Assembly: GCA_040954595.2 (NCBI GenBank)
Contig: CM082598.2
Location: 1,736,001-1,800,000 of the forward strand
Direction: 5' to 3'
From: Balanoglossus misakiensis
Taxonomy: Eukaryota > Animalia > Hemichordata
Length of the DNA stretch: 64,000 nucleotides
Below are positions 14,150 to 28,400 of the stretch, one piece after another. The notes beneath the pieces are model-generated. The model saw nothing but the letters and a program-made list of their open reading frames with translations. It made no database searches and was not told the DNA's origin. Positions within the stretch are counted from its first letter, which is position 1, and the number at the start of each line of letters is the position of its first letter. Position numbers and translations under genes: made by a program.

Positions 14150-14220
14150 TTTATACATGATGGAGGAGTAACTTCGAAGGTCACGGTGATCAGTCACCCC
14201 TGGGGTTTGTGCTGAGGTCA
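14150..14220 (-). promoter_or_regulatory. Candidate core promoter of the RERG-like gene (TATAAA plus ERE-like IR3)
   Basis: TATAAA on the minus strand at 14155-14150, ~135 bp upstream of the ATG. AGGTCA-cgg-TGATCA at 14178-14192 and another AGGTCA at 14215-14220. Confidence 0.35.
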
Positions 14221-17200
14221 CAGGAGAGCCCGGAACTACTTTCAATGGGGCGGCTGTGATGTCAGTCTACTGAGTATGCGAGATCAACAGTCATCATTTC
14301 GGTGTTGTTCCTTCGAGACACAGAGTTGCTATTGTTCGGTGGTAATCGCTGTGAATACAGTTTGCCCAATTTTCTTGGTTTAATCGAGAAAACAGGATAC
14401 TTAGTTTTTGGATTAGAAACGCCGCATATGAACTGTCAAACAGAAATGGTCAATTTGTTCCATTAGGCTTGCAATAACAAGCTGGAAATACGTCAACAAT
14501 ACCAGAACAGACAACAAAACTCTGTTGTTGTGCATAAGAAGTGAAGCTTGTAAAGAGAGGCCAACTAAACCCTTTAGCTACTTGGTTAGGTCATCTGATA
14601 CGTAAAACTGACGTACGACATGAAAACAATATTTTTACTTTTAGAAAACAAACAGTCGAGAGGAGAAGAATCTATAGTAGAATCGAAGGAAGCTCAATGT
14701 ATCATTGGCCGTCAAATATGAGATATTAAATTCATTCGAATGATAAAAATGATGTATATCGAGTGTTATACATACAACGAGAGATATCGAATGATGTTCA
14801 GTGAACAGTGTTTTCCTTGTACATGTATCATATTTCAAGAAAAGTCATAAATCTTGAAGTATAATTGCTTTGCAATAATAAGATCTTGAAAATAACCTGA
14901 AACTAGTTTTCATTTCACTATTCTACTTTAATGTTTTCGTAAAAACGCAATTTAATATTTTTACTCAAAATCAAGCAATTTGCGAAAATGTCGATGCGGT
15001 CTCATAGAATTCAGTTAGTTTATAGTTTCTGTATAGCTTATAATCACAAAGTCGTTCCAATACTGTTATGGGAATGACACAATTTTGAGGTTTTTTTCTG
15101 TAATATTATTTTATCATTTTTCAACTCGTTAAGCATGGTTCAAGTGCAATTTTCATAAATTTCTATTTTGTGTGATATGATTTTAGAATGTTATACTTTT
15201 ATTTGATCTAGCCGTCAGCTTTGGAAATCAAGGGTCGCCGTAATGTCCGCCCAAGAATGTTATATGCACACGTAAGGTTTTAATTTACTTGGTCGCACTC
15301 TGAAATGTTTTCTGCACACTCAAACGTCACCACGAAAATGCCTTATGTAGTATCTCAACAAATCACCGGTGAAAAGTGCTGTTTTGTTCTCTGAAGGGGC
15401 GAAAACGTCGCGTGGGTTCCGGCCAAGATCACAGTAATGCCGCCTAACACACCACGGGATTGTTGTCTTTTAGCACGTACTAAAATAACCGTGTGATAGT
15501 CATTTTTCCCGGAAAAACAAGGGTGCTTGGTTAAAAATACGTCTGATTTTATTGAAGTCTGTGACTAAGCTTAATGAGTGAAGCGTTAATGATCGTTAAA
15601 CCATGCATTGCCACGATCGATCCCAAGAAATTCGCCGCAGTAAATTGTAGTACGCCAATGTGCTTTGAAGTGAAAGGGACTTGCAAGCCTGAATGTGTCA
15701 CGATAGACTGGCAGCTGTCAACTACACGTGTGTGCAAACTCAACACACACACACTCTGGCAGTGGCAGACATGACCAAATGTTGCAAATGTCTCACCACC
15801 CGTGCAGTACATGCACGATAACGTCTGCATAGTAGCTGGTGCTTCGCACCTGTCGATATAACATGGTTTATGTCTGGAGGAAACTACCACATATGTTCTC
15901 ACATTTGTCTAAGGTTACGTCAAACTGGGCAAATGCAGCAAGCATGTTTCATCTGTAAAAAATATCCCCAATGAGAACACTATTGCTTCTACTGGATCAA
16001 GTACAGAAAACATCATTTACGATACGTGGCTACCGTGTGATTCGGTTGCATGTTTGAATTGAGACAACTGTGTTAGGTTTTGAGGTTACGTTGCGAGGTC
16101 GCGCGTACCATGCCGCGATATGATATAGCCGGATTCTGTTGTCTGACAACAGTCGATGAACAATTTGCGAACCCCTTCAAACGCCAATCGGCATACTCGA
16201 TTTTCTGAACGCATCTTTTAAATTGACGATCATGTACACGTACGCCATGGTGAATTTAGACGGCTATTCTAATCTCTGATGTGCGGGATAGTGGTGGCGG
16301 AGACATGAGACATTTAATCGGAATCTGAATCTGCTTTTAAATTTAAAAAGTCGATCGTTAAATTGCCATTAGTCATAGGCCTGTAGTTATTACAAATTCC
16401 AGCCTTAATTAAATGGGGTATGCATATTTACCTTGTTATTGCTGACTTCTCAATGACATCTCGCTTCTAACTGGTTTTGGAATTGCTGGAGTAGTTTTCT
16501 ATTGTCTCTGGTCCTGTCCGTGTCGTGTGTCTTACTGATGTCTGCAAGGAAACTCTACTGTATGATATGGGTCCTAGAAAAGTCGTCTGTTCTCCCTTCA
16601 AACGACGTAAGTCTTTCCTCCAGTCATGGCTCAGTAGATGTGGTCACGTCTACGCATGCTCACACCGGTAGAAGTCTCGATGATTTCTGCAGAAATTACG
16701 TAAAATAAATATTCCACAATCAAGGACTGACAACTATTGACGAGTGTCGCACCGGACGTACATGTACGTCAGGAAGGATATTTGAATAATTCATTAAAAT
16801 CTCATGAAGCCAACGACTGTTACACACTCACACCGTTGCCATGGAGGTTTGTATGCTTTTATAACCTCATCAAGGCATCATATGCTGAGTTAACGTCCAT
16901 TATACAATAATCCCAGTACATTTTATGTATGCCCATGCTGCAATTTACATGCTTAGGTCTACACAGGGTTCTGCTCAGTTAACTAGTTGCTGGTATGTTT
17001 GGTGATACTTTGGGGGAGGGGGTAGGATGGATGGACGGGTTGGTTGTATGTGGGGGTTGATGGGCGGGTGTTTGGGTGAATTGAATGATGGGATGGGGGG
17101 TTCTGTCATTTTTTTTGGAAAAACCACAGTGCCACGTACACGTTGCGCTGACAGTTGACCTATCAAGGTGTTATAATTCTCAAAGCAACGTCTGTCAAGA

Positions 17201-20200
17201 GTCCCTCCGGTCAAAAGATTTTCCATAGCTCCAAGCGACGCGCACCTATAATCTCTTTTCTTATTAACCTTGGTTATAAGGCAGCGAACGGAATGAAAAA
17301 AATTAACTGAAAGCCTGGTTATTAGTTTTTTTTCCTCTTCTTGATTTTAAGATTATTTGTTCTTATGTTCAAACTTTTTACTGGAAATCGTTCACGTCTG
17401 TGTGCTACACGCCCCCGTCTCCCACTAACGATTGATATACATCTCTGAATGGAAAGTTATACTCCTGCTTGCGGAGTGAAAATAATGATATTCGATACTG
17501 AATTGGAGTTCCAGCTAAGACGAATTGTTTAGATAATCGAGACTTATAATCCCCATTTAGGAGGATTTGAATGTACAAAAACAGTAACCCGACCACAAAA
17601 CGAGTGCACAAGGTTTGCATAATGCATGACCAAGTGAAGTGCCGTAATAAGGCTCTTGTATACAAGTAGCCATTCCTTCAATATTTGATATGTTTTTCAG
17701 ACGGGGCGACGTCATGTCTAATAGTGCCATGGGTTGTCAATAACCATGATTTAGTTTATAGTTTGGTCGACATTTCCCAGGAAAACAAACATTTAGGTGG
17801 GTCACCTGAAAAGAATCTGTTACCAGGCAATGCTACTGGTGAGCCCTTATTACAAACATCCACACAGTATCTGCGTTCAAAGGCTGCATATAAACATGGT
17901 CGCTCCACAAACTGTGTAATAACCGGTTTGCCTATATAATTTGTAGAGTTGAGTCTCTGCTGTCCAACTTTGTGCATCTGCAAAGATTATCGTTACTGTG
18001 GATAATTGAATTTAAGTGCGGACTTAATTTCATTTGTCAAGAGTTCAACAGTATACCATAGAATAGTGGCAATTTCATCATGCATAACATGCTTCAGGCA
18101 ATAAACATGTGATTTGCTGTTTACGCCGTTCAGCAAACTGAAAATGCTGCCATCAAAGGTTCAGGTACTGGTCATTAGGTCTTTGTTCTGTTTACACGCT
18201 AATGGCACACATATCCATGTCACTCATTTTAAACTTAAATGGTACATATATGTATGGTAATATATCCGATTTATGTTACCATGAGTCACGACTTAGTTGC
18301 TGTAACCGGTCTAATCTAGTTTTGTCCCCATCGACGGGATACATCATGCAGACTAGAAACGAAGAACGAGGATTAGATTGAGCTGAGTACAGTTAGTCAG
18401 GAAATAAGTTTGTGTTTTCCGTTGCCATGGGGATGGAAGGTGCTAAGAATTAAATACACATGCGCGGATCTTACAAAATGTTGCGTGCAGAAACTGAGCG
18501 CATCACGTGTGATGACGCTATGATATGCAGAAATCGATGGTTTGGGGATTATCACACAAGGGTTTTGTAACCCGAGACCTTGAAATTGGCCGACATATTA
18601 AACGGGAATGAACTCACGTGTGCATCCATGGGCTAAGTACACGATACAAAGATACTCGTGGAGTGACACGCTTGAACTCCATGGCAACGAGGCGAATGGA
18701 CGAAGTCAAAGTTGAAAACTGTCGGATGTGCACGATGTTGTTCGACAAAGACCCCTTATGCAGCGCCTAACCCCCATAGAAGCCAGAACTCACACTCTGC
18801 AAGTATACTCGCCCACAAAGATGTCACTGACAGATTACTATATTGGCATAGACTCGGTTCTTTTGAAAACTGATTGATAAAATACATGAACGTTCTCAAA
18901 TGACGCACAATACGAAAAGCTTCAACCACCGCCATACGTTTAATTGTACAAGATCGTAAAAGTGATTACATTTAATGGTATTAACCGATTTATTTCTCAT
19001 TTCCTCGTTTAATTACAATATTTGAAAATATGTCGCCTTTCGCAATTCCCATATTAGTTTATTTAGATTGCAGTGGCTTTGAGGGGCAGAACGCGAGCTC
19101 TTTTGAAATAGCATCTTAACGGATCAACTTAACGTATCATAGTTCTGCGAAAATGTCATGCGAAAAATTACACTGTTCAAATTCTAGAGAAACGCGCCGA
19201 AAATACGGCGGAAACCAGCCAGATCATTGCAAATATCATCAACGCGTTAGAGGGCCCATATCGCCTTGGATTGAACGGAAAAGAGGGAATGCGAAATTGC
19301 ACTGGTTTAATTGTGCTCAATTGCCACTCGACATCAAGGCTGAAAAGTCGAACGAGCTCACTTTATTACTGTGGTTTTACTGAAATATCAATAGCACCTT
19401 TTTCGTGTAATTATATAGAGCGAATGACACTGAATTGCTGCCTGTTTGGTTGAGTGCAACGTGACTCCAATATCGCTGTAAATTTACACTATACCGTACA
19501 TGTGGCACTGATCAGGCGACAGCACATGCATGCTGGACTTGAGCTCAAATGTATAATCTGTTTGTATATTCTAATTGTATCATTTCACTGTTTGTTTATC
19601 AGCATAATTATGAATAGTTAGAAGTTAAGTAGGCTTGACAGATAACCTGACGTGACCTCCCATTTTAGATTTGACCCATGTCCCTGTAAACTCAACTGTG
19701 GAGGTTATTCGTAACTTGCTAAAAGTACCAGCACCGATGAATTTATGTTATTCCAAAAGTGGGCAGTCTTCTGGCGAAGGACAACAAGTTCCACTGAAGT
19801 TGAGTGACCGCTAGTCATTGTGTCTATGTATCAATTACAGTAACTTGTTCTATAACCAGTGGCAATGTGTAAGGCATTGCTATTGTCGAGATTTTTATTG
19901 TGCGGGCATCAATACTGATGGTTGTCTGACTCTATGCACTGGGGATCGGAACAAGACAGTTGAGAGGTCGTACATTGAACAAAGCACTATGAGTACCAGT
20001 AATTACCAAGAGTTACAACCACTGCCCCTTTCAGAAAAATCTGAAGAAGTTTCCGCGTTATACAAATACAACGGCGACAAGTGACCTTGCCTTTATCAGA
20101 CGAGCGGATGATCAGATCGCGAGATCGAAAATCTGAAAAGCTCGTTTAGTCACGGTGTGCGTGTATGTATTTTGACAATTATTTTACAATCCAAATTTTG

Positions 20201-23200
20201 CGTTCAACACATTCACATATCGGTAATGGACTGCCTTTGCTTCCTTCCATATTCCATGCACACCATACATGTCAAGTAGACTTAAGTTTTGTCTCGTCTT
20301 TTCACCCAATTTGCTGTCCAGTGGTTTGTTACACCATCACTCCGCGGTTGCCGTGGCCAACGCTCGGACACAAACACGTGAACCTTCTCTCTTAATTAGG
20401 TTATAGGGCGAAAGTCAATTGTCATTGAAATGCTAATATGTCTTCATCCTGTTTCACGGCACACAATCATCTCTTTGCTGTCATTATTTTCTATTCCCCA
20501 TGGCCACATCTCTTAATTAATCCGCGTACACGTGTATAATTGGTCCCAGTGACATCACAACAGTTACAATAATAAACTCATTACGTTTTTGAGCTCTCAC
20601 AGAACAGTGTTTCAGAAGTTTACCCACCTGATCCTGTCCCGTGACACAGCCATCACGTGTCACAAAATGAACACACTGATGAAAAAATCATTTAGGCAGC
20701 ACTGGGGCAACATTTGCAGTATACATTCATTATGTGAGCGTCACATTTAGCAGACATTGATCCTGCCAAGTTTAATGTCAACTTCTACTTCAGCCATAAG
20801 TTATCCTCTCTTGCTGTGCTAGTCAAACCCTACACTATTTAATTTCTCAAAAGAAAAATTTGATAGCCACATTCAGATACTGGTATTCATTATTTCTCCT
20901 AGTGGCTCTGGTTGCGTGTTTTATATCACAGTATTGTTAAAAGTTACTTGTGTCCCTGATAAGGAAGTTTCCTATCTTATCATATGTCTCACTTATCTTG
21001 TCCAGTGCCTGCTGGGCTCGACCGATTAGCTTATCTGCTCTGATAAGCCAATGGGAGAAATGACCATGTTTTGTACGTGTTTCTCCAGTCCATATCATGA
21101 TAAATACATGGATTTAGGAGGTGAACACAAACTGATACCATTCTTACAACATAAACGTAGAATAAAATGGACTGGTCTGCAGTGCAATGGGTATAATATA
21201 TCCCCCGTGTTGGCCAACATCATGATGCACATGTTAAGGAAGCCAACATTCTAACTTGTTACCTCCTACGCTATTACATTATCATTATGATGAACACAAT
21301 GTAATATTGCTTTGAGATTTCTTCAGGAACCATCGTGGTCACGACACCGACAATTTACTGGAAAGGTCGGTATTAATGAGCTCTGTAGGCTTCACAGTCA
21401 GGCTTCGCACAAGGTAAATTATTGAATTACCACAACAAAAACACCACGGTCGTGATTTTTGATTTCTGGTGTAATTCAACACTTGCCTTTCGCTTTATTA
21501 TTGGTCAGTCTGACTAACGATTATATCAACCATAACGAGGTAAACTGTTGATTCAAAATTGCAAATCACTAATGACCAGATTCGAAAGACTTGCTGCGGG
21601 AGGTTTCGTCAGCTGATCAGGCCTCCCTTGGGACTTCAACATGCTCACGACTGCCATGGCTCGTATGCACGTGTAGTTTACTGACATGCAGCGTGGGAAT
21701 TTCTCCGTAGTGTCGATCGGCATACTGTTCTTCCATGTGAACACACACGTAATCGCTTAATCATAGTGACATGGCAAGTGTGTTGGTTAAAGTCAGTCTA
21801 CGGTTTTTATTCAATTTGCTTCGCTCAATCCTACATGAGATTTGGCGCGTCTCATTTATAACTGACCTACAGCGGCAAGTCTAGCAAAAGAATAAATTTA
21901 AATCATGAAACTTTGTAGAGGTGCCTTATCCTACACATGATTACCTGCACGATTCTTTTTATGATCAGTTTTACCTATCTGTGGTCAATTTGCCTGAAAA
22001 GATCTTGAAACAGTGATTTTCAGTATCGTCTGGGAGTTGGACTATTCTCTCCTTGTGTTGCTTATATGTACTGTCTGAACCACGTTGGCAGCAATCGTTT
22101 ATATTGAATACAAACTATTCAGGTCTCAATTATCGAAAGAATACATGTGGATCAACTTAATGTTTAATTTCACCCAACACAGTGAATTTCAAAGTTATAC
22201 ACGGCGGTCGAAATGTTTGCTCTCAAATCACGCACAGAAACTCTAGCATTGTGAGTGCTATAAGTCAAACCACAAATACCAAAAAAAACTTTGAAGATTT
22301 GTAAACTGTTCTGTACTTACAGGTTGTTGTTGTTCTGTTGATGTTTTTCTCATGACCCACAACAAATATGGAGTGTGAGCAGACAGACACCGAGAAATGG
22401 AAGCCACAGGTTTGAGGTCTGTGTGCCAGAAAGACTCGTTGTTCGTTTGCAACTAATTAAGTTGGATGCTCTTGTTCTGAACCCAGACCAAGGTTCACAC
22501 TAGCCAGGCCAATACCATGGTAACCGCGCTCTGAACAATCAGGGGTCTAGTGGACAGTTCCACTGAAATGTTTTTTTTTATTGGTTGCGTCTGTACGCAA
22601 TTGTCCTAACTGTTTGATTTTAGCCGCTAATGACAGAATTAGTGCAAGTCTGCAAGACAATCTAAGGGTGGACGTCACTGCATATTCTGAAGGCAACTTC
22701 CCAAGTTTGAAAAGTAAACTATTAGCATGTTTACATGTGACACGTGAGTTGCGATTCACGTGCGCGTGGAGGTTCTTTTTGTTTTCTTTGGTCACGCATA
22801 TTGGTTTCGCTGAGATGAGACTCAGTTACTGCGTCCAAGGCGTGGTGTGTTGACCGAGTGTCTACCAAATGTAGATCTGCGGTAGACATGTTCACAAATT
22901 TTTAGCAGTGGGTTTTGAGTTCAAGACATGTTAAAGCTCAGTTAGCTGTAAATGTTCGCTATATTTTCAGTATGCTTGTTTTGTGTATTTACCGTAGTTT
23001 CTTGTTAAAATCCCTGAAACGTGAAGAATTGCCTAATATCCAGCGTATTAACACAACCTATAAGTATATAAGTCAGCATTATGATTTTAAGTCTGTATTG
23101 ACTGGGGAAATATAAAAATCTGCAATACAAAATAGGCAACTTACACGATGTTTGACGTTGTACAGTACAATTTCACATCTCCAGCAAATCAACCTTCTCT

Positions 23201-24854
23201 ATAAATGAGCCAATATCGATGTTCGCAAGCCCTTGATGTGTTGGTCGCTGACAGGGTCGGCGGAACCTCGCTTGATGAGTTTGAGCCTTTCTGAAGCAAA
23301 ATGTGGGTTCCTCAAGTTTCTCGCCCCACTGCCCGTTGTTGATTAAACCCAAACCTGGGCTACGCCAGTTATTATTTACCGGTACTCCATAGACGGTATA
23401 GAAGAAGGCGGTTATTCATTCAGACTTACGAGGCACTGAAAACAATCCACGGTTCACCGTGTTAATTAAAACACAAAAACAACTTTACAATTTAGCATTG
23501 TTTCGTCAATGTATTTTTCTTCAGGCCTTTTGCAGACCTATTCTGCATTTATAACCCCCTTAGCGCCAACCTTCTTTTGTTTATAGCCACCATAGGGAAA
23601 CCCATTCATCTCGAAACCGCAAGATTCATTCTGTCCGACAAGATCATTTGCATAAGCTCATTCTGCCGGCAAAGAAAATGTTAATTCAAAACAAAATGGA
23701 GGCCACAAGGGACAAGCGAGTTATTGCAACTTCACAAAAACCGTTCACCCAATGCCGTAGGCAATTGTTCAAGATAAACAAGAAATCAGTCAGACGTATT
23801 AATTTTATAGACTGTGTCTTACAAGACCCATGGGCTACATGTTTTGTGCGATTTGAAAGAGTGTACAGTGGTGACATTTCAAGGTCTCGGAGACACGTTA
23901 GGTGGCTTGTTGTAAATCATGACTCCTGACTTGCGGTTTCTAATAATATTTGCCCTGCAACAACATTTCAAACAGGATATTTGGTGTAAAAATGAAGTTT
24001 ATATTCTCAAACTTCTTTTTGAAAGTGATAAAATGTCGCCTGAACACGATGCATAATACAGATTAAAATTTGAACTTGTAATTTTCAAGTTGTCATGCTC
24101 ACCAGCCCATGAAATTCAGATCTGGTTTACTAGAACTAAACGTACATCTGTTCAGTTTTGGGGGCTTGATTTTTATCAAGCGTAGGACGCTGCACTCAGT
24201 TTGCTAAGTGAGTCTGTAACTTTTGACATATATTGTTTTCCGAATATTTCTGCCTTTTGATTAGTTTTTGTTTTGTTCCACGTCCCTGAGGAAGCACGTG
24301 ACCTTTCAACATACATTTTCCAAACCTTATATATAAGCAAAAGATAAAGAATAAATAGTAAGAATATGTTTCTTTTGATTAGTGGAATATTGCTTCAGGG
24401 AGTAGAACAGGAGACTGCTGTACTATGCCGTAGATAAAAGGAAATTGAAATTCGTTATTACTCAGTGTAATATCAAAAGTTATGGCTGAGAGTATATTTC
24501 AGTGTCTGTCTAGCTGTTGCCTGTCGAGTTGGGTAACTCCGGGGTGGGAAAATTCAAAACAGAGCAAGAATTCAGTGGATTTTGTGAAGGTTTTATCCCA
24601 CGCATCATCAGCCGTAGTGAAATTTTCCTCAATTTAATCGCCTCTGGACTCAATAATTATGTCAGTGATACTGCGATGTGAAATATTACTCTCGATTTTT
24701 TTAAAGTTCGACAACCTAAGATAGACATCATGTCTTCTTGCACCGACGATCGAGATCAGATGGTGTTATCTAGCAAATTGATTTATGAACTTTTGCATCG
24801 CATTTGATTATTTATTACAGACTGGGAGACGGCCTTGTCTCGAGTTTACTCAAT

Positions 24855-24936
24855 TCAGTCTAGAATCCATCAAGACTTGTGTGTTTTGAGTGAGCAAAGC
24901 GAAAAATAGAAAACATGAGTCTGGATTCTAGACTGA
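24855..24936. repeat. Hairpin element with a perfect 15-bp terminal inverted repeat (MITE-like)
   Basis: TCAGTCTAGAATCCA (24855-24869) and TGGATTCTAGACTGA (24922-24936), with further imperfect pairing inside. Confidence 0.6.
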
Positions 24937-25351
24937 CTAAATCAATCATGGTCACCTTATTGCTGTGTGATGTTGTAGTCTGACATAACGGTATAACCAT
25001 ATCTCCTTCAAAATCCCAGCGTGTTAATCAATAATCAGCGTGGTGTACTTCGTTATTTTTTTTAATTGGTAATGGATGATATGGTGTATCAGTGTCCTCA
25101 TCAGCCAACGATCACGAGACACACGAGAGATAAAAACAGCCAGGGTTTCATGCAGGGCAAATATTTCCATGCTGTGAATCAGCATAAAAGGCAACAATAG
25201 AGCTGGCGGAAAGGCAGCATGTGCAAACTTTTTGCTCATTTTCATAAAGACGCATAAATTATCAATTTGCATATTATTTGGGTATCATCTGTTCACTTCA
25301 GAACAAATGAACCTGCAAAGATGGAAGAAACCATTTCATAGAATAGCAAGA

Positions 25352-25436
25352 CTGAACCCCTTTCACTGCCAGTTCCCTCTTTAGAGGTCCAACCTTACCC
25401 CAGAAAACAGTGGGTCTGGACTGAATCAGGGTGATG
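25352..25436. mobile_element. Copy of the piggyBac-like MITE family
   Basis: CCAGTTCCCTCTTTAGAGGTCCAACCTTACCCCAGAAAACAGTGGGTCTGGACTGAATCA matches the same family. Confidence 0.5.
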
Positions 25437-28400
25437 TAATGAAAAGAATAAACCAAGCAAAATGATGTCTCACTCAAAAGAACCAACAGACACAACAATA
25501 ATCTCAGTATCTGGAGCTGTGTCCACCCTGTCCACCCCTAAATAAACAAAGTCTCTGCTACTTTACAAAGTGCAAATTTTTCTGGGCCTATGTCAGATAG
25601 CTGCGAATTATAATGATAATGGGATCTAGACTCATCAAATTTGCTCTTCAGTATTGAGACTTGAAGGCTCATTAGCCAATCCTTTGCCTCAATTTCATCC
25701 ATTTATCTTTGAAATTGAAAGATCATCACTATTGAAATATGATTCTTTAATGTCATAATGGTTCTGTTTATTTGATAAGGTCATTTTCAAGACAAAATAA
25801 ATTTCCTTATAGATGAATCTGATAATTAAAAACCTTTTACTAGCATCGCTTGGTGCAAACCTAGTGTTTTCTATGGTAAAGTTGGAACTCTATGAAATCC
25901 ATGATCATCTTTTAAGTACAACACCATGCCTATGACCACACATACATCAATGCTTAGTAGAACCTAGATGTGGAAAGGCTCTGACACTGAAAACCTCTAC
26001 CCAGTTTTGAAAATGAAAGAAATACCACAATAAGCAAAACAAAATAACTACACAAGAGCGCCTACCTTTATAACAACGCCCACTTCTTAAGAACTTGACA
26101 AGTTTGTATGCCCTTGTGGCTTGGTACGTTCGATGGACGGTTTGCTTGTTGGCAGATATTCTTCATGTGAAACAGTGATTCCAGTCGCACTAAAGAGCCA
26201 TAGTTCATCATGTACGTTATATTTCTGACAAAGTGCGCCCTCATGCGTTTGGTGTCAGAAAATGACGCCGTCCCCAATTGATAATTAAATGAGAACGTCA
26301 GCCACTTTTGATGTTATCTGGGTTATCCCTTTACGCTTCAAGTAATTTCTATCATTCTTCTCACTGACATAAATACTTGTGCGTGGTCTGGAAGTTATCA
26401 TTTGTCTAATACACGGGTTGTGAAATAGACACCCAATAATTATGAATCTCTGTGTTCGGAATGTACAAGCAGTTCAGTATTTAAGCTTACTGTAAGTTCC
26501 TGCGTGACACGGCACAAGGACGTTTCCTATTACTCGAGCGGAACAGATGACAACCAAGCTCATCAAACCTTACACTGGAATTCAAAAACATCCCCCATGG
26601 CTTCATTTTCACACAAAAAAAATAAAACATTAAAATGTGTTTCAAACGCAGAAATTCTTATCTTAATTGGTATCTACGTGCTACATCTTCATCAGATCAA
26701 AATGCCCACAGGATTCATGTTCCATCAAGACACATAAATCACGTGTGTCGGTTTTAATTAAGGGTCGTAGTGTATTCCCTTGGAAGATCTTGTCGAGTGA
26801 TTGATTTAATTTACAAGTCGATACACCTTCGAGGTCCTTGTGATAGATTCAAGCACTGTCACAGTTCACAGTTAGTTATTTACAGCGGAATGCAAAGCGC
26901 CAGATCTTGTTAACGAAGGAAGCTTTCGAGTTACAACAGTGCAGATTGACGCACCGATCTGAGATTTTGATTCACAGGAGTATTGGTGTATTTAATGAAG
27001 TTCTCACGAATCCAGATGCCCCTTCATCCAACATTTCTCGTCAAATTCATTACTTTAAGAGGACTATATTATCATTTATGGCGCTTCAGGGGGCGATAGG
27101 CCCATTAAGATATGATTGTCCTCTCTACCTATAGGCGATGGAATTAACTATCATCGATCGCAAAATCCACCTAGGGAGGTCGTCCCGGGCTGAATTTTTC
27201 GATTAAAAGTGAAGTGGCTTATTATAATATATAAATTGATCTATTGCCTTGTGCATAAATATACCGTATCTCTGATAATGTCTTGATTTGTAATCAAATC
27301 TTTTTGATGTACAGTATAGCGAGTGACCTATGTAACTTGTAAACGGAGTTATATATTACGTTGTACTCCATTTTGAATGTCGAATCGCGATGGCAATTTT
27401 ATCCCGCTGTACAAAACATGTCCTCTGATATCATTGATCTGTCCACCGAAAGGACAGATCGATTTGAACAAGGTTAACTCCAACATTCTTTCTTTGGTTA
27501 TTGTCAACAAGAAAGTGAACTTTTTTTACAAAATCAGTAATTCATGTAAGTTGGCTTGACTTACCGTCAGTGTTACTTGCAAAGACCCAGAAAGTGTGAC
27601 ATGCTACTCATCGATTTGTCAGACAGCGTAGTGTGGAATAATGAGAGGTTCTCCCCGACGTCTTAGACAAAACAACAATAGAGGAATTAGACGGACAATG
27701 GATAGACCTCAAGCAATATAAGCCGGTCATAATACCCCATTATGCGTTTTATCGTCGTTACAGGTAGCCATTACGAAACTAAACCTCGCTTTGATACGCT
27801 GTGAACCCCAAGGTTACCGTGGTTTGCCAAAGCTCGGAAACTCAGATGGATGTACGCTTGATTATTTTAAGACAACACAGATAAAAACAAACAAAAAGAG
27901 AGAAAGCAAAACAAAACCACAATTTCTTAGGATTCGTGAGGATATCCAGGTGTTTACTTCCTGCAGTTCTTAGATCCACGTTTACCATAATGACTGACTG
28001 CGTCAGAGCGATACCCATCTGTTTTCGCAGGGAATAATGGGAAACCCTTCGGCGACCATGTTTCCAGTTCACCAATGAATTTCACCGAAACGGAAAATAA
28101 CCATCAATTGGGGGTTACCTAAACTGTTAGCAACAAAGGTGATGTTTGTACTCTGTGACTTCTTGGAAGATCACAACGTGGATGTTTACTTATGGGGACA
28201 CAAAATAATCTTTGACCTCTAGATACTGGTCTTTCCATACTGACATCAGAAATTGGACTTTCTGTTTCAATCAGTTGAATTGGTTGAGTGCGCATTCACA
28301 GTGAGGTCTCTGAAGATTCATTCAGAAACTTTGCGCGAAGTCGATGGCTTTCAGACTGTGATCATTCTGTGTCAATAGGACGAACAAAAAGAATTCTGAC

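Noticed and set aside
27491-27512. TCTTTGGTTAT resembling the 5' end of miR-9
   Set aside because: The match stops after 11 nt and no complementary arm is evident.
27955-28090. Minus-strand KFIGE...SHYGKR peptide resembling Ras exon 2 or an amidated neuropeptide
   Set aside because: Only FIGE matches, YDPT is absent, and there are no suitable splice sites or signal peptide.
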